The notes beneath the pieces were generated by a model. That model did no database searches and was not told the DNA's origin. It was given only the letters and a program-made list of their open reading frames with translations. This document shows positions 34,618 to 45,002 of a stretch of DNA of 64,000 nucleotides, in pieces; within the stretch, counting starts at the first letter, position 1; every line of letters begins with the position of its first letter. This DNA is from Polyangiales bacterium. GTDB lineage: Bacteria; Myxococcota_A; Polyangia; Polyangiales; Houyiibacteriaceae. The stretch covers positions 1-64,000 of the forward strand of contig JBGCFM010000104.1 in the NCBI GenBank assembly GCA_045106895.1. Direction: 5' to 3'. The position numbers and the translations under genes are program-made.

Positions 34618-35427
34618 ATGGGTTTTCGAGACGACGATCTGGCGACGCGCTCACGCGTCGAAGTCCTTGAGCGAGAGGTCCGTGAGCTACAGGAGCAGAA
34701 CGCGCAGCTTCAAGCGCGTCCAAGGGCGAGCGCGTCCGGCAATAGCCCTCGGCGCTCACGCCTGCTCGTGGCCATCGTCGCCCTCGTTTCCCTCGCGCTG
34801 CTAGCGATGGTCGCCGCCGCATTGGTGGGAGACTTTATGTTCAGCGTCGCGATGTCACTCTTCGCGGTGCTCTTTCTGTGCATCACTGGGCCTCTCTTTC
34901 TCCTACGCAACAACCTGCTCTTTGTACCCGCGCAGCATGTACTCGTGCTCAGCGGTCGTCAGCGGCCAACCCCCGAGGGACGCCAGGTTGGCTATCGCAT
35001 CGTCACCAGTGGTTCTGCGTTTCGGCTACCCGTTCTCGAGAGGGCCGATTTGCTCGCCACTGGCCCCTTCGCGTTGGAAGCGCACGTCGCCGGCGTCTAT
35101 CTCAGAGGAAACCAACCCGCGGAACTCCACGTGCGCGCGAGCGTGCGTATTCCAACGAAAGAGCCGGGCGTTCACAATGCCGTCGAGCGCTTCGTCGGAA
35201 GAGCGGACGAAGAGATCGAGCGGGTGGCGAAGGAAACCCTCGAAGGCACCATGCGCGAAGTGATCGCCAGGATGAGCGTCGAGGAACTTCGCCGGGAGCC
35301 TGCGCGCATCTCGGAGACCGTGCGCACGAAGAGCCAGTCAGACTTCGAACGCTTGGGGCTTCATGTCGATACTTTGGAGATCCTACGGGTCAGAGCGGCG
35401 AGAGCTGAGCCGCACGACGTCGCTTAG
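34618..35427 (+). CDS. SPFH/flotillin-domain membrane protein
   Basis: Coiled coil and two TMs, then GYRIVTSG, NAVERFVG and TLEGTMREVIARMSVEEL. Confidence 0.85.
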   Translation: MGFRDDDLATRSRVEVLEREVRELQEQNAQLQARPRASASGNSPRRSRLLVAIVALVSLALLAMVAAALVGDFMFSVAMSLFAVLFLCITGPLFLLRNNLLFVPAQHVLVLSGRQRPTPEGRQVGYRIVTSGSAFRLPVLERADLLATGPFALEAHVAGVYLRGNQPAELHVRASVRIPTKEPGVHNAVERFVGRADEEIERVAKETLEGTMREVIARMSVEELRREPARISETVRTKSQSDFERLGLHVDTLEILRVRAARAEPHDVA

Positions 35428-35777
35428 GAGCCACCGCCGGACACCGGCTGGCAGGCATGTGTGGGAGTGCATGGAGTCTCGCAGCGCGGGCCCCAGAGGT
35501 AGTGGTCTCCTTGAGCACACACAGCGACCAGCGTGCCGGGTTCCGGACCCACCGGACCACCGCCCACGGTCACATGCTCACCGGTGCTGCGAATCCTGAC
35601 GACCCAAGCCGACGAGGCTCGAGGTCGTCCGTAGCGTAGTACAACGGATTCGAAGACCGCGACTTGGGCGGGCTCTACGGGTGCAGGTGCAGCGCCTGCG
35701 TTCGTCGCCGAGCGAAGGGCCATCACGGCCCCGGCAGAGATCAGGAGAAGAACGACGATGTGGAAGAGCTTCCGCAT
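35424..35777 (-). CDS. Small secreted Cys-containing hypothetical protein
   Basis: Signal peptide MRKLFHIVVLLLISAG; Cys cluster at the C-terminus. Confidence 0.6.
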   Translation of the reverse strand: MRKLFHIVVLLLISAGAVMALRSATNAGAAPAPVEPAQVAVFESVVLRYGRPRASSAWVVRIRSTGEHVTVGGGPVGPEPGTLVAVCAQGDHYLWGPRCETPCTPTHACQPVSGGGS

Positions 35778-35828
35778 CCAGCCACAGTGCGTCGAGTGGG
35801 GCCAGGCACAACTGGGATCCGATGAGGG

Positions 35829-36455
35829 TCAGTCCCGCTCGTGCGCTTGAGTGGAGCCCTCGTGCGTGTAGGTGCGAGCCTCCCCCTCCGCGTCGATGAG
35901 GGTGTAGCGGATTGGAACGAACGCGTTGTCGACGGGTCCAAGCTCGACGTGCACAAGCGTCGCGCCAGCCACAAGACGAGCCTGCAACTCCGAGTGCGCC
36001 CGAAGGTGTTCGAGCTTCCACGGCTCCGTTGTCGGTTCGATACGCCAGCCGCAAAGCGCCGTCACCGAGTGATAGCGCTCGTAGGTAGCGGCCAGAAAGA
36101 GCTCCCCCTCGGCGTGTCGCACGGCGGCGATGCCACCGCGTGGCCAAATGGCAATATCTCCAAGCTGAACATCGCTCCAACCGGAACTCGCGGCGTGATG
36201 GAGGATCCTCATGCGGATCTGGTCGCGCCACCGCAGCAACGCGGCCTGCTCGCTTGGCTCTCGATGGTCCGGCGGCTGCGCGCACTCCACGCCTTCCTCG
36301 GCGCCAGAGCGCGACGACGCCAGCTCCGCTACGGTGACCGTCGTCCACCGGGCGTCTGGGCCCAAATGCGCTGACGTACAGGCGCCCATAAGAAGCGTCA
36401 CGAGCGCGAGGGCGGAGCGTGTTGGGGTCTCAAAACGGGGCTGGGCTTTTGTCAT
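35829..36455 (-). CDS. Hypothetical lipoprotein
   Basis: LLMGAC lipobox-like sequence; co-oriented with its neighbours. Confidence 0.6.
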   Translation of the reverse strand: MTKAQPRFETPTRSALALVTLLMGACTSAHLGPDARWTTVTVAELASSRSGAEEGVECAQPPDHREPSEQAALLRWRDQIRMRILHHAASSGWSDVQLGDIAIWPRGGIAAVRHAEGELFLAATYERYHSVTALCGWRIEPTTEPWKLEHLRAHSELQARLVAGATLVHVELGPVDNAFVPIRYTLIDAEGEARTYTHEGSTQAHERD

Positions 36456-36539
36456 GGAGGGTCCTTCCCCCCATGAACGCAACCCGCATTCGATCGGCGC
36501 ACGAATTCTGTCCGCGCGCGTCAGTTCGTCGCGGGATAC

Positions 36540-37175
36540 CTAGCGAGAGACGGTGAGCGTGTAGGGCTCGCAGTTCGCAGGCCCTCCTCGACGCCCCACG
36601 CGTACAGCGAGGGTCTCGGGCCATACGACGTCACGCGTCGTGAAGGTGTCGGAGCCATCGCCGTCGGCTTCGCCGGGCATGGACTGGTCATCAACGAATG
36701 AGTAGCTCGTCGCTTCACGGGCGCTGCCTTCACCGCACGACACGGGGAGCGTCGCGTCACATCCGTCGCGAACCTCGATGACCATGGTCGAATCTCCGTC
36801 CAACATGATCGTTGGCGCGCCCATGCCCTGCATGTTCGGGCCACTCATCGGCGGGAACGAGAAGAGAAACCAGTCGGCCCCGCTCAAGGTCGGCAAGAAG
36901 CCCTCAATGTTCAGCGTATCACCCGTCATCATCGTCAGCGACTCTGCAAGGTTGCACTCATCGGGGTAGGTGTCGTCGGTGCAGACGCTGCCTGCGTCGG
37001 TGCCGCCGCCGCCGCCAGTGTCCTCTTCGACTTGGCCGTCCATCCCAGGCGCGTCTTGAGAGATCTGCACGTCGCGAGGGCCGGCGTCATTTCGGCCGGT
37101 GTTCCCCATGTTGTTCGTGCCACTGGCGCAAGCCAGCAGCAATGAAAGAGCCATCAGTCCGATCCGTCGACGCAC
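36540..37175 (-). CDS. Hypothetical lipoprotein (start approximate)
   Basis: LLLAC lipobox, DAG linker, beta-rich domain ending YTLTVSR. Confidence 0.75.
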   Translation of the reverse strand: MRRRIGLMALSLLLACASGTNNMGNTGRNDAGPRDVQISQDAPGMDGQVEEDTGGGGGTDAGSVCTDDTYPDECNLAESLTMMTGDTLNIEGFLPTLSGADWFLFSFPPMSGPNMQGMGAPTIMLDGDSTMVIEVRDGCDATLPVSCGEGSAREATSYSFVDDQSMPGEADGDGSDTFTTRDVVWPETLAVRVGRRGGPANCEPYTLTVSR

Positions 37176-37338
37176 GAGGGCAAGAGTAACACGCTGCGGC
37201 GATGATCCACGGAATCCGCGCAGATTGCCGCTCTGTCGGGCAAGAAGTGCGAGATCCACGGTATTTCTCGCCTCTCAAGGGCTTCCGGCGCAGAAGACGT
37301 GCGCATTTTGAGATGTGCTCTAGAGAAGGCGCCGAAGC

Positions 37339-38172
37339 ATGAAGGTACTCATTGCAGGTTGCGGGTATGTCGGGAGCTCCCTGGCGACGATGTTGGTGCG
37401 GGGCGGAGACGAGGTCACAACGCTTCGCCGCTCCGAAAAACGCACGCCAGGCGCCAAGCTTGTGCGGGCGGACCTCGCCGAACTAACGGCACTTCGCGCA
37501 GCGCTCGCCGGACTCCGCTTCGACGCCGTTGTCTACTCGGCGAGCCCCGGCGGACGAAGCGATGAGGCCTACCGGCGCGCGTACGTGGATGGCCTCCGAA
37601 ATATCCTCGCGACCAACGCGACGCCCAAGATCATCCTCGTCGGCTCTTCCGGCGTGCAGGAACGAGGCGGCGGCGCATGGGTCGACGAGACGACGCCCAT
37701 CACGCCCAACGGGTTCGTGGCTCAGCGCCTCCTCGAGGCCGAGGCGCTTGTCCGTCGGCGCGGCGGCACCACTCTCCGCCTCGCTGGTATCTACGGCCCT
37801 GGACGCGAACGGCTCATCGACAATGTCGCCACCGGCAGCGCCAAGATTCCTGAGACGCCCATCTACACCAACCGTGTTCATCGCGACGACGCCGCCGGCA
37901 TGCTCGCACACCTGCTTCGACATGAGTCTCGCCAGGACCTCTACTTTGGCTGTGATCTCGAAGCCGCCCCCTACGCCGACGTGCTGCGCTTCATCGCCAG
38001 CGAGCTCAAAGTCGCGCCACCGGAGACCGGCGAGGCGACGCGGCGTTCGAACAAACGCATTCGAAGCGCGCGCATCGTGCGGACCGGCTTTCGTCACCTC
38101 TACCCCACGTATCGCGAGGGGTATCGCGCGATCATTCAAGCCCGCAAGAGTGCGTCGACTACTCGGCCTTGA
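37339..38172 (+). CDS. NAD-dependent epimerase/dehydratase (atypical SDR, YeeZ-like)
   Basis: IAGCGYVG, LRLAGIYGPGR and NRVHRDD. Confidence 0.9.
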   Translation: MKVLIAGCGYVGSSLATMLVRGGDEVTTLRRSEKRTPGAKLVRADLAELTALRAALAGLRFDAVVYSASPGGRSDEAYRRAYVDGLRNILATNATPKIILVGSSGVQERGGGAWVDETTPITPNGFVAQRLLEAEALVRRRGGTTLRLAGIYGPGRERLIDNVATGSAKIPETPIYTNRVHRDDAAGMLAHLLRHESRQDLYFGCDLEAAPYADVLRFIASELKVAPPETGEATRRSNKRIRSARIVRTGFRHLYPTYREGYRAIIQARKSASTTRP

Positions 38173-38255
38173 TCCTCCGCTTCCGATTTTCGACGAAGGA
38201 CCACCTGGCACAGCCGAGAGGCCGCGAGCTCGCGGCGGAGGGCCGCGGCCGCGAA

Positions 38256-39725
38256 CTAGGAGCTGCTGGGTTTGGGTGGACCTCGACGTCGGCGGCGCCG
38301 GCGACGTGGCGCATCGCCGGTGCCCGCTTCCCTCGACTCGGGCCCGCCTGCTCGCGGCTCACTCCCCTGGGCGGGGCCTGAGCGTCGACGCTCGCCGCGG
38401 CCCTCGCGTCGACGCGGTTCCGACTCAGACTTCGACGACGAGCTTCCCTGAGCAGTACGTGCAGCTTGGGTAGCGCCCTCGCTGCTCCTGCCCTCACCGT
38501 TCCCTCTTCGACGACGACGCCTGCGCCTCTTCGCTGGTGGGGCCCCGTCCGCGGACTCCCCTGCCTCGGGACGCTTCCTTTCTTCGCCGTGCCTTCCATC
38601 AGCGCCCTTCTCGCTGCGCCTCCCCTCACCACGTCGCCCATCGCTACGTCGCTGGCCGCGCTTCGAATCGCCGCGCTTCGATTCGCCACGCTTCGAGCCA
38701 CCACGCTTTCCGCTCTTCTTCTGAGAGCTTGGAGCCGCCGTCTCGACGACCTGCATGCGCCGATAGCGCGGCGTGGTCGGCGCATCCTCGCTCTTGCTCG
38801 CCTCCGAAGCGCGCTTCTCTGGCGCGCTGTCTTTTGCCTTTCGCTCTTTGGACACTCGCCCTTCGCGCGGCGCTCCCCCCCGACGGCGACGCGGGGCCTC
38901 CCCTCGCCGAACCCGCTCGTCCTCGTCCGCCTCACCGATGAGTCCGAGCACGTCCGTGACATTTGTCTTCTTCGACGAGCGCCGGAAGTCGCCGGTGAGC
39001 TTCATGTCGACGGACAGATGGTTGTTTTCGAAGGCGGCCCAGATCTCTTGCCCATAGGGGCGCAGGCGCGTTCCCGGGACAACGCGCTCCAGGAAGTTAC
39101 CGAGGTTGTCCACGTCCCGAAGGAGCAGCTTCTTGGCGTTGCGGTTCGCCGCGGCATCCACCGCCTGAGGAAAATCGATGACCACCGGGCCCTCGGCGTC
39201 GACGAGGATATTGTAGTCCGAGAGGTCGCCGTGAATCACGCCGGCGCAGAGCATCCGCACGACCTCCTTGAGGAGCTGCTGGTAGTACGCGTTCGCCGTC
39301 TCGCGGTCGAGACTCACCTCCGCCAAGCGCGGCGCGACGTCGCCGTCCGCGTCCGTCACGAGCTCCATGATGAGCACGCCGTCGATGAAGTTGTACGGCG
39401 TCGGCACGCGAACGCCGGCGGCGTGCAGCCGGTGAATGATGTCCACCTCCGCGGACTTCCAAGCGTCCTCTTCTTGCTTCTTGCCGTGACGCGTACGGCG
39501 GTCGATGGCGCGCTGGTCCCGCGTGTTGCGGACCTTTCGCCCCTCCGTGTACATCGAGCGCTGCTTGAATGAGCGGTGCATCGACTTGTACACCTTGGCG
39601 ACGCGCAGCTCTCCCTCGCTCTCGACGAGAAAGACCTCGGCCTCTTTGCCACTCTTGAGCGGACGCACGACGCGATCGATGACGCCTTGGTCTTGGAGAG
39701 CGACCAATACTCCCGGGACTTGCAT
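38256..39725 (-). CDS. RIO1-like protein kinase with long Arg/Ser/Gly-rich tail
   Basis: LKSGKEAEVF, VAKVYK, IHGDLSDYNIL and IDFPQAVD. Confidence 0.93.
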   Translation of the reverse strand: MQVPGVLVALQDQGVIDRVVRPLKSGKEAEVFLVESEGELRVAKVYKSMHRSFKQRSMYTEGRKVRNTRDQRAIDRRTRHGKKQEEDAWKSAEVDIIHRLHAAGVRVPTPYNFIDGVLIMELVTDADGDVAPRLAEVSLDRETANAYYQQLLKEVVRMLCAGVIHGDLSDYNILVDAEGPVVIDFPQAVDAAANRNAKKLLLRDVDNLGNFLERVVPGTRLRPYGQEIWAAFENNHLSVDMKLTGDFRRSSKKTNVTDVLGLIGEADEDERVRRGEAPRRRRGGAPREGRVSKERKAKDSAPEKRASEASKSEDAPTTPRYRRMQVVETAAPSSQKKSGKRGGSKRGESKRGDSKRGQRRSDGRRGEGRRSEKGADGRHGEERKRPEAGESADGAPPAKRRRRRRRRGNGEGRSSEGATQAARTAQGSSSSKSESEPRRREGRGERRRSGPAQGSEPRAGGPESREAGTGDAPRRRRRRRRGPPKPSSS

Positions 39726-39991
39726 TCGTATCTCTTTCGTAGGGCGGCGGTGGACCGAGAGGTGCGGACAGCCCCGATTGGTTAGCATAGTCGTCGGGAC
39801 TGGCGAGGTCTCCGCGTTTGAGAAGGAAAGCCAGTGAAGAGCGGCGTGTCCTTCTGTGCGCCGGCGTACACACTACGGCGCGTACGCGTCAACGTTGACA
39901 CTTTTGGCACAAAAATAAGACACAACTGCATTTCCTCGTTGTATCCGCGCAGAGAGAGCCAGTCGCGACGCCCGGCGAACTATAACGACGC

Positions 39992-40753
39992 ATGACCGCC
40001 TCGCGAAAACAACAGATCTGCACGCTCCTCAAAGGCATCGAGACGGGAGACGCGGTGGCCGCGAGCGTCGTCGATGAAGCCAAGTACGTTCAGCACAATC
40101 CGCACACGCACGAAGGCAGCGAAGGCTTGGCAGCGCTCTTTGCGCGCCTCGCGAAGACCAACCCACGCGTGAACATCGTTCGTATCTTCGCCGACGGGGA
40201 TTTTGTCTTTGGCCACACGGAGTACGACTTCTCTTCGCGCCGCATCGGCTTCGAGGTGTTCCGCTTCGAGGGCGAGCGAGCCGTAGAACACTGGGACAAT
40301 ATCGCTTCGAGGCGTGGCCCCAACGCGTCGGGACACAGCATGGTCGATGGCGTCGTCGAAGCCACAGACCTGGACCGTACCGAGGCGAACCGCGCGCGCG
40401 TGAAGGAGTTTCTCGAGGAAGTGCTCATCCGCCGACGCCTCGAGCGGCTGAGTGACTACGCGAGCGACGACTTCGTCGAGCACAACCCAGAACTGAGCGA
40501 CGGCACAGGTGCGCTTCGAGCGCATCTCGAACGCGTCGGCGAAAGTGGGTCGTTTGTGGTCTACGAGCGCACGCATCGGATCCTCGCCGAAGGGTCTTTT
40601 GTCCTGTCCGTGAGCGAAGGCTTCCGCGATGGCGTACACATGTCCTTCTACGACCTCTTCCGCCTCGACGGCGGAGTCATCGTTGAGCACTGGGACACCA
40701 TCGACCCCGTACCTCCACGCTCCGAGTGGAAGAACGACAACGGCAAGTTCTAG
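39992..40753 (+). CDS. Tandem SnoaL/NTF2-like protein
   Basis: Two repeats: YVQHNP...VEHWD and FVEHNP...IVEHWDTI. Confidence 0.9.
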   Translation: MTASRKQQICTLLKGIETGDAVAASVVDEAKYVQHNPHTHEGSEGLAALFARLAKTNPRVNIVRIFADGDFVFGHTEYDFSSRRIGFEVFRFEGERAVEHWDNIASRRGPNASGHSMVDGVVEATDLDRTEANRARVKEFLEEVLIRRRLERLSDYASDDFVEHNPELSDGTGALRAHLERVGESGSFVVYERTHRILAEGSFVLSVSEGFRDGVHMSFYDLFRLDGGVIVEHWDTIDPVPPRSEWKNDNGKF

Positions 40754-42402
40754 TCCGGGGCCGCGCCCTGGTCGCGCCGCCCGACGGTGAGCGCAACGCT
40801 CCGGTCCGCAGAATCTGCCTCCGTGTCACCCCGCGACGCGTCTAGCTCTGCCTGATGCTCGTGCCACCATTGCTCTGAGTCCGACGCGCCCCAGCGCGGC
40901 AGGTGGCAGCCTTCGATGAGAGCGCGCAGCTCGCCTGCGTGCTGCGGACGGTCCGCGGGGTCTTTGTTTAGGCACTCCAGAACGAGCTGCTCAAGCTTCG
41001 CTGGGACCGTGACACCTCGCGCAGATATCGCGACGGGTTCTTTGTGCAGGTGCTGGCTGCACACCTCCACAACAGACTTGCCATCGAAAACCGGCGCTCC
41101 GCAGAGCAAGTAATAGGCGACGGCCCCGAGGGCATAGATGTCCGTTCGTTCGTCGACGGTGTCCGGGTCAAGAATCGACTCCGGCGCGATGTACTGCGGC
41201 GTCCCCGTAAGCGTGTTCGTTCCCGTGAGCTTCGTATTGCGGTCGAGCTCTTTGACCAGACCGAAGTCCAGCACTTTGGCGACATCGAGTTCGCCGCCTT
41301 GGCGACAGAGCATGATGTTGGCCGGTTTGATGTCCCGGTGGATCAAGCCGATCGCATGGGCCTCGGCCAAGGCACCACAAGCCATGGTCAGGATGCGCGC
41401 AACGCGAGCTGGGGGTTGAGGCCCATCGACCTCGACCACTTCCCGAAGCGTCGCGCCCTCGAGGAGCTCCATCGCGTAGTAGAAGACGTCGTCGACGGTG
41501 CGACCGTAGTCAAAGATGGTGATGGTGTTGGGGTGGGTCAGGCGCGCCGTCAGCTGAACTTCCCGCTCGAAGCGTGCGAGGTCCGTTTCTCCGGTATGGT
41601 CCGCGCGTAGAAGCTTGATCGCCGTGGGACGTCGCATCATTCCATGACGCGCGCGGTACACCTCGCCCATGCCGCCTTCGCCGAGCTTCTCCTCCAACGT
41701 GTATTGGCCCAAGCGCCGCGCCTCTCGTACCTCGGCGCGGAGACCGTAGATGACGCGCGAGATCGTTGCGCAGGTAACAACCGTAAACGCCCACATCGTC
41801 GCGTGGGCGGCCCAGAGCACATCGAGTGACTCGGGTGTGCGCCAGGTGATCCAGCCGTCGGCGGTAGGCACGAAGAGAGCAGGAACCAACACGACGGGGG
41901 CGCCGAGGAGCGTCGTGAGGAGCACCGTCCGCCGCGGCGATGATGGGATGAGGGCTGCGCGAATCGCCACCAGCATCGTGGTTCCGGCGATGAGCATCAT
42001 CGAGACAAAACCATCGGCCATCGCCGCTCCGTCGGCGGTGACGATGGACTCTCCGTTCACGAACGAGGCGAGCATCAACCGTCCGCTGGCGCCCCCGAGG
42101 ACCATCATGATCACGAGCCCACTGGTCTCCATGAACCGGCTAAGGCGGACAGAGTGCCGGCCACGGGCGCAGAACTGCCAGTAGAGCAGCGACTGAAGTG
42201 CTGAGAGCAGGTTAAGGATCTGGTCGACGCCAGGCGTGGCGAGCACACCGGCCAGCCCGAAGGGGACGCTGAGGAGCGTGAGGAAGAAGAGCACCTTCCA
42301 AAACAACGCCACGCGCGCTTGTAGAAAAGCGCGCGCGTGCTCGCTATCGCCTACCGGCGATGTACTCGGGCTTGATGCTGGGGCGCGATCTAGCTTGTCC
42401 AT
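40750..42402 (-). CDS. Membrane-anchored Hanks-type Ser/Thr kinase
   Basis: N-terminal TMs; LGEGGMGEVY, AIKLL, HRDIKPAN, DFGLVK and GTPQYIAPE. Confidence 0.96.
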   Translation of the reverse strand: MDKLDRAPASSPSTSPVGDSEHARAFLQARVALFWKVLFFLTLLSVPFGLAGVLATPGVDQILNLLSALQSLLYWQFCARGRHSVRLSRFMETSGLVIMMVLGGASGRLMLASFVNGESIVTADGAAMADGFVSMMLIAGTTMLVAIRAALIPSSPRRTVLLTTLLGAPVVLVPALFVPTADGWITWRTPESLDVLWAAHATMWAFTVVTCATISRVIYGLRAEVREARRLGQYTLEEKLGEGGMGEVYRARHGMMRRPTAIKLLRADHTGETDLARFEREVQLTARLTHPNTITIFDYGRTVDDVFYYAMELLEGATLREVVEVDGPQPPARVARILTMACGALAEAHAIGLIHRDIKPANIMLCRQGGELDVAKVLDFGLVKELDRNTKLTGTNTLTGTPQYIAPESILDPDTVDERTDIYALGAVAYYLLCGAPVFDGKSVVEVCSQHLHKEPVAISARGVTVPAKLEQLVLECLNKDPADRPQHAGELRALIEGCHLPRWGASDSEQWWHEHQAELDASRGDTEADSADRSVALTVGRRDQGAAPD

Positions 42403-42525
42403 GTGCTCAATCCGTCGCTCGCATCATCGGCTCGTTCATGACGCCTCGGGTACGGAAGGCGATACACGAGATTAAGCCGAGCGCCACTGCCCAGCCCAGC
42501 AACGAATCGAATGTCGACGTGAGGC

Positions 42526-43425
42526 TCATGCGCCGTGTTCGACGAGAAAATCCCAGACGGCCCGCACGCGAGGCACGTTTCGAACGGCACGGTGAGTCAC
42601 GAGAAAGAGGTCATCCTTCGGCCACTCTCTCATCGAGCGTCGTAGTTTTGCCCCGACCTTTACCGGGGCCAACCCGTAGTGCGCGAGGCTTTTCGATGGG
42701 ATCAGCGCGACGCCAAGTCCGCTGCACACGACGGCGATCTGAAGCCTCAAGCTGTCGGAACGAACGACGGGGTCTGTTGGCGCGTGCGCACGGACCCATC
42801 GGGCAGCGGGGATATGCGCGAAGCGTTCGCCAAACGTCACCCAGGGCACGTTTTTCCAAGAGCGTAGCGTCCCGAGCTCTTTGGCGAGCGCTGGCGTTGC
42901 GGCGAGAGCCCAGTCCACGGGCGCCAGGGTTCGCATCACCAGGTCGCCGGACATCGGCCGAACGACGCGTAGCGCGATGTCCGTCAGACGACGTGCCACG
43001 TCTACGACTTCTTCGCCGGACTGAAGGTCGATCTGCAGCCCGGGATAACGCGCGAGGAGCGCCGGAAGATGCGGCGCGATGAGAACCTCCGCGGCGTCCG
43101 GCGGGCACGCGACACGCACCACGCCGGTGACATCACGCTCCAAAGCTTCCGCCGCGCCGGCGAAGCGAGACATCGCGTGCTCGATCTCTTCCGCCACGGG
43201 CAAGAGCGCGTCCGCCGCCGGCGTCGCCGCGATACCGCTTCTTCCGCGCTCGAAGAGTGAAGCGGCGACGGTCTCCTCCAGGGCAGCAAGGCGCCGGGAC
43301 ACCGTCGACTGATCCACGCCGAGAGAGCGTCCCGCTTCGCCCAACGTCCGAGCACGACAGAGCGCGAGGAACAGGCGTACATCGTCCCAGTGTAAATCGG
43401 AGGCGGCGAGCTCTCTTCTATGCAT
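42526..43425 (-). CDS. LysR-family transcriptional regulator
   Basis: LHWDDVRLFLAL...LGVDQSTVSRRLAALEE; divergent from the NmrA-like operon. Confidence 0.93.
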   Translation of the reverse strand: MHRRELAASDLHWDDVRLFLALCRARTLGEAGRSLGVDQSTVSRRLAALEETVAASLFERGRSGIAATPAADALLPVAEEIEHAMSRFAGAAEALERDVTGVVRVACPPDAAEVLIAPHLPALLARYPGLQIDLQSGEEVVDVARRLTDIALRVVRPMSGDLVMRTLAPVDWALAATPALAKELGTLRSWKNVPWVTFGERFAHIPAARWVRAHAPTDPVVRSDSLRLQIAVVCSGLGVALIPSKSLAHYGLAPVKVGAKLRRSMREWPKDDLFLVTHRAVRNVPRVRAVWDFLVEHGA

Positions 43426-43524
43426 GAACGCAACGATTCTATGAAATCATGTCTATTTCAAGGCATGCGCTCATAGATCATCTTCGTTCTTCAACAGCCC
43501 ACAAGGCCCAAAAGGAGAATCGAA

Positions 43525-44340
43525 ATGACGAATGCACAGAACAGGCTCACCGTAATCGTAGGCGGAAATGGAAAGACGGGTCGGCGCGTCGCGGAGCGAA
43601 TGCGTTCCTTGGGCGCACCTGTCCGGACCGTCTCCCCCTCAGCGGATGTGCCCTTCGACTGGAACGATGAGCTCACCTGGGCCCCTGCCCTCCACGGCGC
43701 CGGAGCCCTGTACCTGACGTACCACCCGGACCTCGCCGTCCCGAGCGCCGCGGACCACATTCGTCGCGTGTCGCGCCTCGCCGTCGAGATCGGCGTCGAG
43801 AAGATTGTCCTCCTGGCGGGACGTGGCGAGCCACAGGTACATCCTGCGGAGACCGCCGTCCGCGAGTCCGGCGCCGCGTGGACCATTCTCGAGTGCGCGT
43901 TCTTCATGCAGAACTTCACGGAGGGAGTGCTCGCGCCGGATGGGGATACCATCGCGTTCCCCGCCGGCGATATCCGGGAGCCTTTCCTCGACTGCGATGA
44001 CATCGCGGATGTCGTCGTCGCGGCGCTCACGGACGACGTCCACAACGGGCAGACCTACGAGCTGACGGGTCCGCGCCTGATGACCTTCGGCGAAGCCACG
44101 ATGGCGCTGTCCGGCGCGATGGGACGCCCCTTGCGCTACCTGCCGGTCACCTTTGAGCAATACGCCAAGGGCTTGTCCGAGCACTTCACACCGCCCGTCG
44201 TCGAATTCTTCATCGAGCTCTTTCGCTTCCTCCTCGACGGGCACAACGCGACCCTCACCAGCGACGTCGAGCGCGTGCTCGGCCGCCCGGCTCGCGACTT
44301 CAACAACTTCGCCCTGCGCGCTGTGAAGGCGCAGCGATGA
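43525..44340 (+). CDS. NmrA-like NAD(P)H-binding protein
   Basis: VGGNGKTGRRV, FDWND and FMQNF; AGGAG RBS. Confidence 0.9.
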   Translation: MTNAQNRLTVIVGGNGKTGRRVAERMRSLGAPVRTVSPSADVPFDWNDELTWAPALHGAGALYLTYHPDLAVPSAADHIRRVSRLAVEIGVEKIVLLAGRGEPQVHPAETAVRESGAAWTILECAFFMQNFTEGVLAPDGDTIAFPAGDIREPFLDCDDIADVVVAALTDDVHNGQTYELTGPRLMTFGEATMALSGAMGRPLRYLPVTFEQYAKGLSEHFTPPVVEFFIELFRFLLDGHNATLTSDVERVLGRPARDFNNFALRAVKAQR

Positions 44341-44822
44341 GTGCCCTCTCCACGATGGGCCTATGGGCCGTTGTCATCGGATGCGCCCTGATGGCGGGGC
44401 TCTACTTCGCCTTCTCGACGTTCATCATGGCCTCCCTAGAGGCCATCCCAAACTCCGGCGGCATCGCCGCAATGCAGTCCATCAACCGTGTCATCCTCAA
44501 GTCCGCGTTCATGCCGCTCTTCTTCGGCACGTCGCTGGCCAGCCTGGCGCTCGGCGTCTGGGGCGTCGTCCGCTGGGGCGACTCCGGCTCTCACTTTCTA
44601 GTGAGCGGCGGACTCGTCTACGTTGTTGGAATGCTCGGCGTTACAGCGGCCTTCAACGTGCCGCTCAACGACGCACTGGATGCCGTGGACGCGTCCTCTC
44701 GAGCGTCCCTCGAAGTGTGGTCACGCTATCTCCGGGACTGGACGCGCTGGAACCACGTACGCACATTGAGCTCCCTTGCCGCGAGCGCGCTCTTCATCGC
44801 TGCTGCCCGAGCGCTCTCTTAG
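44337..44822 (+). CDS. DUF1772/anthrone oxygenase-family membrane protein
   Basis: AGLYFAFSTFIM, AMQSIN, NVPLNDAL and WTRWNHVRT; ATGA overlap. Confidence 0.9.
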   Translation: MSALSTMGLWAVVIGCALMAGLYFAFSTFIMASLEAIPNSGGIAAMQSINRVILKSAFMPLFFGTSLASLALGVWGVVRWGDSGSHFLVSGGLVYVVGMLGVTAAFNVPLNDALDAVDASSRASLEVWSRYLRDWTRWNHVRTLSSLAASALFIAAARALS

Positions 44823-45002
44823 ATAAGCGGGTTTCAGACCGCTTTGACAACGATGCTAGTCTCGCGACCTGCCCCGTCTCCTCCTGCTTCTTGTCCTCGC
44901 CGCGGCGCTGCCCAACCGTGCCGCTGCGACCGAGCTCACGCCGCCCGCTGGAGCGAGGCTCATCGACTTCGACGGCGTTCTGGATGCGGTGCAGCGAAGA
45001 GA

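Noticed and set aside
39904..39920. Sigma-54 promoter at TTGGCAC
   Set aside because: No TTGC/GC at the -12 position.
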